NCBI GenBank assembly: GCA_964016885.1 | Contig: OZ024740.1 | Span: forward strand, 67,704,001-67,768,000 | DNA length: 64,000 bases | Source: Eledone cirrhosa | Lineage: Eukaryota | Reading direction: 5' to 3' | In this document: positions 30,101 to 42,059 of the stretch, piece by piece | How positions within the stretch are numbered: the first letter of the stretch is position 1 | Layout: the number at the start of each line of letters is the position of its first letter | The notes under the pieces: generated by a model | The model's database searches: none | Told to the model about the DNA's origin: nothing | Seen by the model: the letters and a program-made list of their open reading frames with translations, nothing else | Made by a program: the position numbers and the translations under genes

Positions 30101-32100
30101 TCGATGGATTATGGGTGTCACGGATAGAATAGGGGGATGCAAAAACCTCAAAACTTGATTAGATGGTTCCAACTGTATGATTGGTACTAAATCCGCCAGT
30201 GTGTATATGGAGAAATCACATTGAATCATTTACATCGTATATAGATTGTTTTTTTGTTTTTGTTTTTGTTTTTTTTTTCTTTTCGGCTAGCTGATAGGAT
30301 GTTCATTTAAACCATAAATATGTGATTCTCTTGATCGAACTTGACCGGTACCCAGTTATTGAAAGCTGAACGTGCCTTTCCCGGAGCAGTAAATCAGTAG
30401 AGTAGACGTCGACGAGGTTCATCGTGTATAGCAATGTTGATTCGTCCTGGAAAGGGAGATTAGATTAGAATCAATACGGTTTAGCAAAGTAGTAAGGATA
30501 GAAAAAATAAACTACAGAGACAGAGCTTGTCTAGTCAGGAAGCTAGAAGAAGCATTTACAAAAGGCATGCTCGGAGCGAGATTAGCACTTGAGCATTTCT
30601 TCTAAGCGAAGCACGAATGCTGTTTTATCAGAGTTAGGGCACGTGCTTTGAGACACTAAGAGACGAAAGCCTTCCAATAGAATCAAGTGGTGGAAGGGAA
30701 AATTGGCAACTGATTCACATTTCGGTATTTCACTGAACAAGACCGGCGCGTATTACTCTGATCAGAGGAGGTGTGAGCTGCTTTTCAGCGGCAGTTTGCG
30801 CAACTGTTCGGTAAGAGCGGTGGCCTGGACTTCAAAACGAACTTCTGAGGCCTCACTCGACAGCCTGTCGCATCTCTGAGCGTCGAAGGTACAATGATAC
30901 AAAGACTAATAATAACCCCCAAAATAGTGATTGCAATTATTCGCTGCACGTGAGGTAAATCAACGTTCTGACTTATGCGATGTACGTTTACATGCCAGAT
31001 TTGTTCTGCTACATATTAGCTAAAGTCGACACTAACATGCAGCAGAAAGCAAGAATTCAGAGTTATGTGGACCAGACGAAGTGGCGCAGGTGAGGAAGAG
31101 ACCTAACAACTGGGTGTAGGTGTCATATTGACAATATTATGCTCATATTTCTGCTCACTGACAAGTTCAATAGGCTGGCCATTGTGTTATGAAATATATT
31201 TGTGCTTGTCAAGAGCCTGTCTGAAAGACGCAGAGGTCCACCATACCAAAAAGATTTACCAACGACAACCTGCACCCCATACGATACATCAAAGAAAGGG
31301 AACGTAACAAAACTTGTGAGAGTGAGGCAATGATAAACGAAGATCAGTCAAATGTTTTCGATAAAGTCAATAATCGTTGTAAAATACACTGATCTTTGTT
31401 CTGTGATCAGAGTGTTCACATATCCGTGCCGTCCAGTATCAGGCGCTCGATCCAGACTGAGAGGAAACTAACCCTGAAGTTTTGAGCGGAGTTGGCGAAT
31501 GTACGTATCCTTCATCTACCATTGTTTTCCGTTATGCCACGCGACGTTTCAAGTTTGGCTGAACTAGAACGTCTGTGCCCTCACCTTATGTGGCAGGGAT
31601 ACGTTGCAATGGTCAAGTGGTCCATCAGCTGTCAGCACCAGCTGCTTTGAGAAATAGGTATGTTCTGTCAGGTGATATGAAATCTCCAGTTTTTCTAGAC
31701 GGCAGACAAGTATGCAGTTTGTCAGTCACTTGTTTCTCCAGCTCGTCTCTTTCACGGAGTCGTATTCCTGCATCAAGCGAAGACAGAGGTAGCGTCTGGT
31801 ATCTGTAATGTTGTCAAGCCTTCACAGCCCTCTACATGCTGGGCACTGGTGAAAATTCCAATTTATCTTTCTATAAATGTTGGCGGGAGAATGATGCTTT
31901 TGGAGACGCTCTTGGTGTCGATGGTGATCGACTAGCCGCTCTCTTCGGGAGAAATTTCTGTGCGGGCCTGGCTGTTAACTTTTGATAATTTCTAGAAATC
32001 CCTGGCCTGGCAGTTCCATCATGGGGGAGAGGGATCATTGCCGGTTTGAGATAAGCTCTACAGTCACACACTCATCTAGTGCCCGAATATTACAGTTTTG
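27200..32100 (+). mobile_element. Highly decayed non-LTR retrotransposon (L1/Tx1-like)
   Basis: GC-richer, microsatellite-poor block; F.LVDVYA-like endonuclease remnant near 30075; FDKV-like RT remnant near 31355; no intact ORF. Confidence 0.4.
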
Positions 32101-32447
32101 TTAATCTATGAGTTAAAATGATAGGGCTACTTGCACAAGCGCTCAAGATAACTGTCGATATGTCTAGGTTTACTTCTTGAGTGAGATGAGGAAATCTTCC
32201 TTCTATTGAGGAATATTCTGCTTGTTTTAGTTTTTTTTCTTTCATGCTACCATCATTTTTCACACGCAAAATCCCACTTTCATTGTGTTGTGGCCTCCTG
32301 TGTAGTCTTTAATAAAGAAAGCACTATTATTGTTTTGGTTGTTAAAGTTATACGTCTGTTATTCATGTTGTTTTCTATTGCTTTAATGTTTATTATCACT
32401 TTTTGTTTATATTCATTGTTAATATTTAAAACACCAATGTAAGTGTA

Positions 32448-32485
<38 letters not shown>

Positions 32486-32494
32486 TATATATAA

Positions 32495-32680
32495 CGAAGG
32501 AGCTGTGGTAAGGAACCAGATGGACCATAACGCAGCAGAGTACTCAGTACTTAGGGTAGGAGAGTGGGTAATAGGAAAGTGTTTTACCCCGACGGCAGAG
32601 CTCAAGCCGTTTCGATGGCTATTTCTGAAATAGCCGTCGAAACGGCTTGAGCTCTGGAGTCGGGGTTAAACATGTTCCAT
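32495..32680. mobile_element. Fold-back non-autonomous element containing half a hammerhead
   Basis: Palindrome 32581-32671; GAAA-CGGC-TTGAGCTCT-(GCCG)-TC-GGGG half-HHR readable on both arms. Confidence 0.7.
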
Positions 32681-32699
32681 ATATATATATATATATATT

Positions 32700-33500
32700 C
32701 TTTTGATTGCATTTGTAATATTGATCCCCACATTTATGTTGTCCCCTCCACAAGTTCTGGTTATGATTCTTGATCAGTGATTAGCATCAAATCAAACTTA
32801 AAGTTTTGAAATCTTAATCTTGAAACTTGTTGAAAATTCAAATCTATGAGATCTCAACTCTAGTGAAAAACAAGACCCCTGTAACAAACATTCACTATCA
32901 GTGAATTGCCACAGGCAACTATAGTCTTCTCAATTAGTATAATCAAATATTTGCTCTCTTTCATTGAAGAAATTATTTGTTCTCTCACGATTTCTCCTAA
33001 GATGAAATCTACTCTTATACAATTCTTTCAGGCAAAGACACAGAATTCAGTTACAAGGCTTCTTTTGACGCCACAGTATTTCTGGCATTTTGATAGCTCT
33101 AGGTTTGACCAACCTAACTCCAATAATATGCAGTGTTTTGTTTCCGGCAGACAACCAGGCCACTTCAAAGTTAGCTCTTCATTTTGAACTTTGAGGAAAT
33201 ACAGGTTTCTAAAGTTCTCTGAGTAGTTCTGCAGTTTGTAAAAGAGACATGATTGTAAATTGTCAAAGTCATTTTTCAGCTGGCTCGTTTTGAAATATTC
33301 GGAAGCCATTACTTTCAAACAGACAACACAATGCGGCTTCATTTGACCATTGCCATCTAATTCTCTGAAGCCATAATTGAATAATTCTGTCTCTATTTCA
33401 TTTTGCTGTTTTATGTACGTAACCAGCTTGAAATTTGAGAGATCATTTGTAAAATTATTAATATAGGTATGAATAATTTTATAAATTAAAATCATCATGC
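32700..33500 (-). mobile_element. hAT (Buster/Charlie-like) transposase remnant
   Basis: YGF...KPHCVVCLKVMASE..K.SQLK resembles the N-terminal BED-type zinc finger region of Buster transposases. Confidence 0.6.
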
Positions 33501-34584
33501 AAAACATTTTAGAAATGCACGCTCACACACATACACAAACACGCACTCACACATGCACGCACATACACACCCACATACACACATATATATATGTGTGTGT
33601 CTGTTTGTGTTTGTGCGTGTGTGTATGTATACGTACATATTAAGAATTACAAGAAAATATAATATACTTTAATGTTATAATCCATGTAAATATAAATAAA
33701 ATATATACGTATGCATTTAGAACAAATCATATTTATACGAGTAAAATTTGCCATACACTATTAATTACCAAACGAAAGCTATAAAATGAACTATTAAAAA
33801 ATATTGTTACTTTGTTTTAATTGCTGAGAAAAGGGACAAAACATCTTGACAAAAACATAGAACTTATTGGATCTATATAGCAAAATTATGAAATCATAAA
33901 ATTGTAATGAAATTGTTATAGAATAACAACTTCTAGTGAAGTCATTCTTTTCCCTTTTTCAAATATATATAATTATATATGGGATGCGAACATCGGGAGA
34001 AAGCGGCTCATAAAAGAAGATGAATGGGGCGCTTGGCACATTGAGTTGGATGGAGACCGCGGTGGAAGGGGTTGAAACACATACAGATTTAATTCACGTC
34101 CATCATTCGAAGTCGGTGTACAGCAGCACCCTCCGCACAAATCTGTGATTACCAATCATATAAGCAGCGAAGAGGCCCGTAAGAAGGAAAAAAAAACCTT
34201 ATATATATATATAAGAATTAAATCCTATTCATGATATATCCTCAAGCAGGATTATTATAAAATTTAAAAAATAATAATGAAAATAAATATTTTATAAACT
34301 CCGACTGACGGAATAGATTACATTTTTAGCATTTAAATTCATAATTTATTTAGATACCCGAAAATGAAATCAACGATAAATGTACAAAAGGAAATAATTA
34401 GTATTCTTGCAGATACAATACAGGAAACTACGCATATGTTTTAATAAATAAGTTTAGCAGGAGTAAATAAATAAGTAATAATTAATAATTATTAAATGTA
34501 ATATAAAAGAATTGATATATGCTTACATACATACACACGCACAAATATATACATATACATACAAATTCTATATGCATATACATA

Positions 34585-34631
<47 letters not shown>

Positions 34632-35378
34632 GTATGTATATATATATAGATATGTGTGTGTGTGTGCGTGCGTGGGTTTATGTATATTCGCGTATGCCGG
34701 TGCATCAACAAAAATATCCAGCAGCTGTTTCTGCATAGAGTTATCTCCCTTCGAGAACTAAGCCAGTCGATATAGAGAAAGAGATGCTTTCACATTTATA
34801 CTTTTCCACATAGGTATTATATCAATTAGCAAAAGAAATATTATGTGGACTTATCTTTCGGACCATAAGAAAACTTGCGTCGTAATGTTAAGGGTGTTTG
34901 ACTCGTGTCCATTGTATCTTTGGGCAAGTCACTTTATATCAAATTACTTCAATCTACTCTGATAAAAAAAAAGAAGACTGAATCACCCCGAGAACTACGT
35001 CTGATTCGTTGTTCAAATAAATAGAATAGTTATTTTGGAACTAAAGGAATTCCAAATCATACACGCAGCACTATCTCCAACCCTTTACTGACCATATAGT
35101 GACCGATAGAAGAGATACAACTTTAGTGAAGAAAGAAAGATTCCAATAATATGAATATAAAAAAAAATCACATTACGCATCTTTAATAATTAATTATAAA
35201 TTTACTGAAATCATCTCCTGACTTCTTTACGAGTTACTAATGAATACTACAAACTTTTAGGTTCTTTCTCCAAATTACAGGATTACTTCAATTCATTACG
35301 AACATGTTTGTATATGTCATTCAGTAACTCCTTCAATAGTGGTTTCTAAATTAGGCCACTGATATAGTAGACTGGTTG

Positions 35379-36100
35379 GAGAGTCGAATTTATCGTTCAA
35401 AGTCATCTTTGCTTATCATTCCTTTGGAATCGATAGATAATGTACCATCCTAGGAGACAAGGTCAATTGTTTTAATCTCGGTCTTTTTGAATAACACCCG
35501 AGATCTGGGGAGAAAATTTACTTTTTTTATTGACGCCGAAAAATGAAATTCAAAATTGTGAACTCAGAAAGGAACGGGTTAACACAAATAACGCAACACC
35601 CTTTGTCCGATGCCTTGGTGATTTTACCTGTAAACCAGTCCAGCACGTTCACAATAATATGAATAACAGGCGGGCTCTTTTGTGTTGGAAACAATTTTGG
35701 AAACGATATTCAATTATTCACTTTTGTATCCTAAATATGACTCAATTAAATTTATTTACAATGCCTTATATGTCTTCACTTAGTGAACACATCAAGATTA
35801 AGTTCAAAAACAAAAAAGATATATTATTACCTGTTTTCTTCCTCAAATATAGTCAGCTTCTTTTGTGTGTTTCGGGGGAAGATGCCGGAATCAGTAATAT
35901 CTGCAATATTTTATGCTCCATAACCTTCCACTTTACTTGGTTCTCAAATCTTATGAAAGTTTTATGAGTGATTTCACGACATTCAAGAAGACCAAGATTA
36001 AAACAATCGACCTTGTCTCCTAGAACGGTACATTATCTATCGATTCCATTCCAAAGATATGGTAAGCAAACAATACTTTGAAGGATAAATTCGACTCCCT
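35379..36100. repeat. About 120-bp inverted repeat pair of SINE-derived sequence
   Basis: 35379-35495 is the reverse complement of 35978-36100 with few mismatches. Confidence 0.8.
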
Positions 36101-36258
36101 AGTAGGCTTCTGAAGTTTCTCATAAACATCTATATAATTATATATTTCTTTAAGTATACATTATCCATGAAGTCAGTAAATCTAATTATATAAAATTACA
36201 AATATTCACTTCTTCAATTCCTTTCTAATATATATATATATATATATGAATAAAGTTA

Positions 36259-36360
36259 GTCCTTCATCAGTGATATTCCAACCATCATTGGTATTTCATC
36301 GCTTTAAAGACAATATACCTCCGGTTGGTGCGAGCAACGGCTAAAAAAAGTCGTTGGGAC
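36259..36360 (-). ncRNA. Putative permuted hammerhead (copy A1, stem I partly degraded)
   Basis: 102-nt motif; stem I TTGTCTT/AATATCA has two mismatches. Confidence 0.45.
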
Positions 36361-36890
36361 ACGTAAATAAAGGGAACACAAGTGTAAACAAACAAAAATG
36401 GTGAAGCAACGAAAAGTGAGGAAGAAGAAGTCAAGTCCCAAATTACTATGAATTTAAATTCGGTGAAATCGTGAACGAGTGAGAATAAAGACCATCAAAC
36501 CTGGTTGGAATGTAAGCAAGGAAGGAATTCCATACAGGTCTAACTGGAGGAAGAAGGGATCTAGTCTGTGATTTCGGTGAACGTAAGTTCTGTGAAATCG
36601 TAGACGAGAGAGAGAAAAAAAGCGACCAGCATGACCAAGGGTGCGAAAGAAAAGAATTACGCACAGGTCAAACGGGAAGAAGGAGGATGAGGAGAGGTAG
36701 TAACAGAGAATGAGTGAGTGAAGGGTGAGGAAGAGGCTAACAGAGAGAGTGACTTCTAGAGAGGGTAAATATACAAAGAAAGCGGAAGCAGTAAGAACGA
36801 AATAGACGTGTAACAGCGGGGAAAAAATATTTGTAAATATGAGAAAAACGTGCTGCGGGGTTGCTAATGGGTTACATATGAATAAAGTTA

Positions 36891-36992
36891 GTCCTTCATC
36901 AGTGATCTTCCAGCCATCATTGGTATTTCATCGCTTTAAAGACCATATACCTCCGGGTGGTGCGAGCAACGGCTAAAAAAAGTCGTTGGGAC
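36891..36992 (-). ncRNA. Putative permuted hammerhead (copy A2)
   Basis: 102-nt motif; stem I TGGTCTT/AAGATCA, stem III GGTAT/ATACC. Confidence 0.6.
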
Positions 36993-37628
36993 ACGTAAAT
37001 AAAGGGAACACGAGTGTAAACAAACAAAAATGGTGAAGCAACGAAAAGTGAGGAAGTAGGAGTCAAGTCCCAAATTTCTATGAATTTAAATTCGGTAAAA
37101 TCGTGAACGAAAGAGAATAAAGACCATCAAACCTGGTTGGAATGTAAGCAAGGAAGGAATTCCATACAGGTCTAACTGGAGGAAGAAGGGATCTAGTCTG
37201 TGATTGCGGTGAACGTAAGTTCTGTGAAATCGTAGACGAGAGAGAAAAAAAGCGACATGCCAGACCAAGGGTGCGAAAGAAAATAATTACGCACAGTTCA
37301 AACGGGAAGAAGGAGGAGGAGGAGGAGGAGAGGTAGTAACAGAGAATGAGTGAGTGAAGGGTGAGGAAGAGGCTAACAGAGAGAGTGACTGCTAGAGAGG
37401 GTAAATATACAGAGAAAGCGGAAGCAGTAAGAACGAAATAGACGTGTATCAGCGGGGAAAAAAACATGTATAAATATGAGAAAAACGTGCTGCGGGGTTG
37501 CTAATGGGTTACATATGAATAAAGTTAGTCCTTCCTCAGTGATCTTCCAGGGACTTGACTCCTTCTTCCTCACTTTTCGTTGCTTCACCATTTTTGTTTG
37601 TTTACACTCGTGTTCCCTTTATTTACGT

Positions 37629-37730
37629 GTGCCAACGACTTTTTTTAGCCGTTGCTCGCACCAACCGGAGGTATATGGTCTTTAAAGCGATGAAATACCA
37701 ATGATAGTTGGAAGATCACTGATGAAGGAC
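37629..37730 (+). ncRNA. Putative permuted hammerhead (copy A3)
   Basis: GGTAT 37670-74, A 37675, TGGTCTT 37676-82, GAAA 37692-95, TACC, AAGATCA 37712-18, CTGATGA 37719-25. Confidence 0.6.
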
Positions 37731-37849
37731 TAACTTTATTCATATGTAACCCATTAGCAACCCCGCAGCACGTTTTTCTCATATTTACATATATATATAT
37801 ATATATACAATATATTAACAAATTGAAACTATATTTATAGAACCATATT

Positions 37850-37915
37850 TATTTTATTATACATATTTCAAGGGCCACCAAGGCAAATTATGGTGCGCTT
37901 TCATCAGATAAAATA
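37850..37915 (-). ncRNA. Type I hammerhead ribozyme
   Basis: Reverse complement: TATTTTAT-CTGATGA-AAGCGCACC...GGTGGCCCTT-GAAA-TA(TG)TA-TA-ATAAAATA. Confidence 0.75.
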
Positions 37916-39339
37916 CAATACAGATTTGTTTCATAAATAAATATTGACATACTCTGAAAAAAGACAACCTTAACGGTTGGAGCTTCCTGGATAGTGGAGA
38001 TATTACATTTATTGAGGGTGATAGAAAATTATGATTGAGTATGCAAATTAGTGTCCGTAGGTTGAAAAGATAACGGTTTATTTAAATTAAACTGTTGAAA
38101 GAAGGTGATATGTGAGGCTGAGAGAAAAAAGAAAGAAAGAAAAAGAGAAGGAGCGATTATATATATTTTTGACAGTGAAAATAGTGTGAAGAGAAGAGCG
38201 TATTTAAGTGAGAGAAAATATTAGTTACAAAGGACAAATACAGCGTATGTGAGAGAAAAAAAAAAAGAAATGAAGAAGAAATTAGAATAGCGTGGAGGAA
38301 TAATGTTTATAATGCAGAATTCGTTATGTTTTGATTATAATATTTATAATGATAGGTTGAAAAATTTAATAATTTAATAATTAGTTTAAAAATTAGTTTA
38401 AATGTGTATGTTACGGATTAAATTATTAAAAAATATATATTATTTTACATTAGAGCAAATATAGTATAGTTTATTTTATTAAAAGTTGTAAGTCAATAAT
38501 TTAAAATATCCAAATAATTCTCGAGAGTTTACAAAAGAATAACCACTTAGTTATATTATAAAAACAGTAAAGGAGTGTAAAGGAAGTTATAAGTGATTTT
38601 TTAAAGAACTCAGATGACTCTAAGGATTAAATGCTATAAAGTTAAGAAGTTAAATTTTCTATCTTAAGAATGCAATTAGAACATGAACCTTATGTTATTT
38701 TATACGAAGTCATACATTTACTTAAGAATATATTTAAAGCATAAACCATAGGTTACTCCGCATATATACAAAAAACATATGTTTTTCCACATATATATAA
38801 ACATGTGTATATATATATTAGAAACCTTGAAAATATAAGGATATAAAAATATAAAAATATAAAAATATAGTTTTTTTATATCTTTCAAAGAATTTTCAAA
38901 AGATTTTCTTAAACCCTTCAGTAAGTTTTTCAAGAAAAAAAAAGTTCTTAAAGGAGTTTCAAGCAGTTATATAAAGGAATTCAATAATCTATCGATATGT
39001 GTAATAATATATATGTGAAGTAGAGATAATAGAAAATAAATGATATGAATCATATATGGATATAGAAGAGATTATGTAAAAGAGATAAGTCATATATTAC
39101 ATTTTATATATATATTTAAAAGTTGAATTTAAACGTTGTTTACATTAACTGAATAAATTGTTCCTCAAATTAAAAGAGTTCTTACTTTTTAGTATAAAGA
39201 ATATTTCTTCGACACAAGGAGAACAATTTTTGGATAAAGCAGTGTATGAAGGATCTTTGGAGATAATATTCCAAAGTAAAGAATAGTTAGTCTTTTTTCA
39301 GGGTATGTCAATATTTATTTATAAAACGAATCTGTATTG

Positions 39340-39400
39340 TGTTTTATCTGATGAAAGCGCACCATAATTTGCCTTGGGGGCCCTTGAAATATGTATAATA
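39340..39400 (+). ncRNA. Type I hammerhead with stem I truncated to 3 bp
   Basis: CTGATGA 39348-54, GAAA 39386-89, TATGTA-TA-ATA. Confidence 0.55.
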
Positions 39401-39472
39401 TTTGTTGAGTGCTTTATATCAGTAATAAACATATTTAAGCTTGTTGAATCCCAACAAATTAAATATAATCTC

Positions 39473-39523
<51 letters not shown>

Positions 39524-39696
39524 TCGGGAGAAATAGTCAGGAAGCCTATGATTTCTCCCGAATGAAACGGTTCTAGTCCTGTAGTACCCATTTCTATATT
39601 AAATATTTATACTCTGCTATGTATTGAATACTTCACTTACTGTGGCTACCCTCGATGGAACTCGGGATAAACTTATATATATATGTCGGCGTCGCT

Positions 39697-39774
<78 letters not shown>

Positions 39775-39780
39775 ATATAT

Positions 39781-40415
39781 ATGAATAACAATAGACCGAG
39801 AAACGGGGTTGTCTATCATCAGTAGCCTGCTGATTATCATTGTTATTTCTTAGCATTAAAGACTAGATACCTAAAATCAGCGCGAGCGATAACTAAACTA
39901 AGTTATCGGGACAGAGCGAATGGGAAGGGTAAAGTAAACAAACAACATGGTAGTAATGCAACGTAAAGCGAGGAAAAGAGAGACAAGTCAATGAATCTTG
40001 TGGGCTTAAATCTTAACAAATCAATCGACGAGAAGAAACAGACACGTCCAAGCCACGCGAAAAGTGAGAGAGAAAAGGAATTCACACATGTCAGACGGGA
40101 GGAAGTGAGAGATGGGGTGTTACAGAAAGTGAGTGAGTGAAAGTGTGAGGAAGGGGCCAGCCGAGAGCGTGTGTGACCAGTGGAGGGGGTGAATGAAAGC
40201 AATAGGTGCAATGAGAGAGAAGGGGGAGAGAGAAAGGGGATAGCAGTAAGGTGAAAGAAAAAATACGAACCACAGCGAGGGGAAACATTATAGGTAAATG
40301 AAAAAATGGCGTGCTGCGTTGTTGTGAGGTGATATAAATGAAGGACAACCCCGTTTCTCGGTCTATTTTTATTCATTTATATCACCTCGCAACAACGCAG
40401 CACGCCATTTTATAT
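39781..40415 (-). mobile_element. Non-coding element, subfamily C, with terminal fold-back
   Basis: Distant homologue of the 36246 unit; 40340-40410 repeats both ends in inverted orientation. Confidence 0.75.
39811..39912 (-). ncRNA. Putative permuted hammerhead (copy C)
   Basis: GGTAT-C-TAGTCT ... GAAA-TAAC ... AGGCTA-CTGATGA; same 102-nt length. Confidence 0.55.
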
Positions 40416-40420
40416 ATATA

Positions 40421-42059
40421 TATTAAGGATAATATTGAAAGCTTGGAAAAAACAGAGAAAATCTTAGTGAAATCGGACAAAACTAATAACCTTTATGGAG
40501 TACAAAAGGACATGTATAACGGCCTTATATTGAAAGAACTAAGGAAAAAGTACAAGGTAGCAAGTAAGGACGAACTGGAAAAATGAATACAGAGGCATCT
40601 TGTATAATGCATGACATTATATATAATGTGCATTTCATTGCTAGTTAGGTCAGTATGTTTAAATTACGCATTTAAACATACTGACCTAACTAGCAATGAA
40701 ATGCACATTATATTATCGGCAAGGAAAACATTGATAGAATTTAATAACCAACTATGGACTAGGGCAGATAGAGATAATAATTTCGACATAACTATGGGAT
40801 CATCAGACTCAGCTCAGGTAACGGACCTTGTGGGCCTATTTATAATTAATTGGCTACATAGAAAAATACCAGGTGTAACCGGAGGATTATATCGTGATGA
40901 CATGCTTTTACTTATTGAAAATAATAGCTGTGAACTAAATAGAAAAAGAAAACAAATTATACAATTTTTTAATTACCTTAATCTAAAAATAGAAATAGAG
41001 AATAACAATAGAATAGTCAATTTTCTGGATGAAACACTAAATCTCAACACATGTTTTCACTATCCATTTCACAAACTAAATGAGAACTTGAATTATGTCA
41101 ATTTTAACTCTAATCACCCCAGATCTGTTAAAAATACTATAGTGAACTCTGTTCAAGAACGAATTTCAAGAATTTCATCTAATAAAAATATTTTTGATGA
41201 AAAAGCGCAGTATTACAATGACGCGTTAGCTAGAGCAGGATATAGAGATAAAATTAAATACATCGATAATAATAATAAGCAAACTAACCAAAATAATAAC
41301 AATTTTAATTACGGTAACAACTTTAACAACTATAATAGAAAACATTACAATAATTCCAAAAGCCGAAAAAGAAATAGAACTAGAAATATATTATGCCCCC
41401 CCCCCTTCTCACTAAATATTAAAACCCATATTGCTAAACTATTCTTTAATGCTCTTGACAAACGCTTCCCTAGAACACATAAATATCACTCAATTTTTAA
41501 TAGACACACTATAAAATTAACTTACTCGTCCACCAAAAATTTAGCCCAAAATATTAACAGAATTAATAATAGGAATTTAAAACCTAACCAAAATAACAAT
41601 AATAACCCAAACAATATTCAATTAAATAACTGTAACTGTAGAAATAAATCTAACTGTCCGTTAAATAACAACTGCTTAGCTAAAAATGTAGTGTACAATT
41701 GTAGTGTTAAAACTAATTTAAATTATTTCGACTATGTTGGTTCCACCTCGACGGAATTTAAACTTCGCTTCAATAATCATAAGAATTCTTTCACAGATCC
41801 AAACAAAAAGTCCTCAACTTCGCTATCTAGCCTACTCTGGCACCTTAAACGAGATAATATTAAATATTCGATGATTTGGAATATTGTCTCAAAAGGTACT
41901 CCTTTTAATTCCTCTTCAGAGAGTTGTGATCTTTGTATAGAAGAAATATTCTTTATATTAAAGTCCAAAAATTCCCTTAATTTAAGGAGCAATTTATTCA
42001 GTTGCTGCAGACATAGATTGAACTCAACGTTTAAATATAAATATAAATTTAAAATGTAG
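40421..42059 (+). pseudogene. Naiad-like RT/GIY-YIG ORF with frameshift and internal deletion/inversion
   Basis: 1-bp deletion near 40580; RT motifs up to motif A are replaced by an inverted duplication (40621-40664); open from about 40665 to 42059. Confidence 0.85.

Larger units (their letters stand above)
36246..37790 (-). mobile_element. Non-coding tandem element (2.05 units of about 635 bp plus an inverted partial unit), retrozyme-like, subfamily A
   Basis: Unit starts ATGAATAAAGTTAGTCC at 36246, 36878 and 37515; 37551-37790 is inverted; TA flanks; no credible ORF. Confidence 0.85.
37800..39475. mobile_element. Non-coding PLE 3'-region fragment with inverted HHR-bearing ends
   Basis: 37855-37960 and 39295-39400 are inverted repeats; the HHR resembles the one at 43543. 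Confidence 0.7.

Noticed and set aside
37690-37713. ATGA...GA as a SECIS element or C/D-box snoRNA
   Set aside because: The helix is too short for SECIS and there is no associated ORF; cross-strand covariation fits the hammerhead model better
40584-40586. In-frame TGA as possible selenocysteine (reported for some Naiad elements)
   Set aside because: It arises from a 1-bp deletion in an A run (EK-MNTEAS aligns with EYINLEAS); the 59-kb ORF has no in-frame TGA
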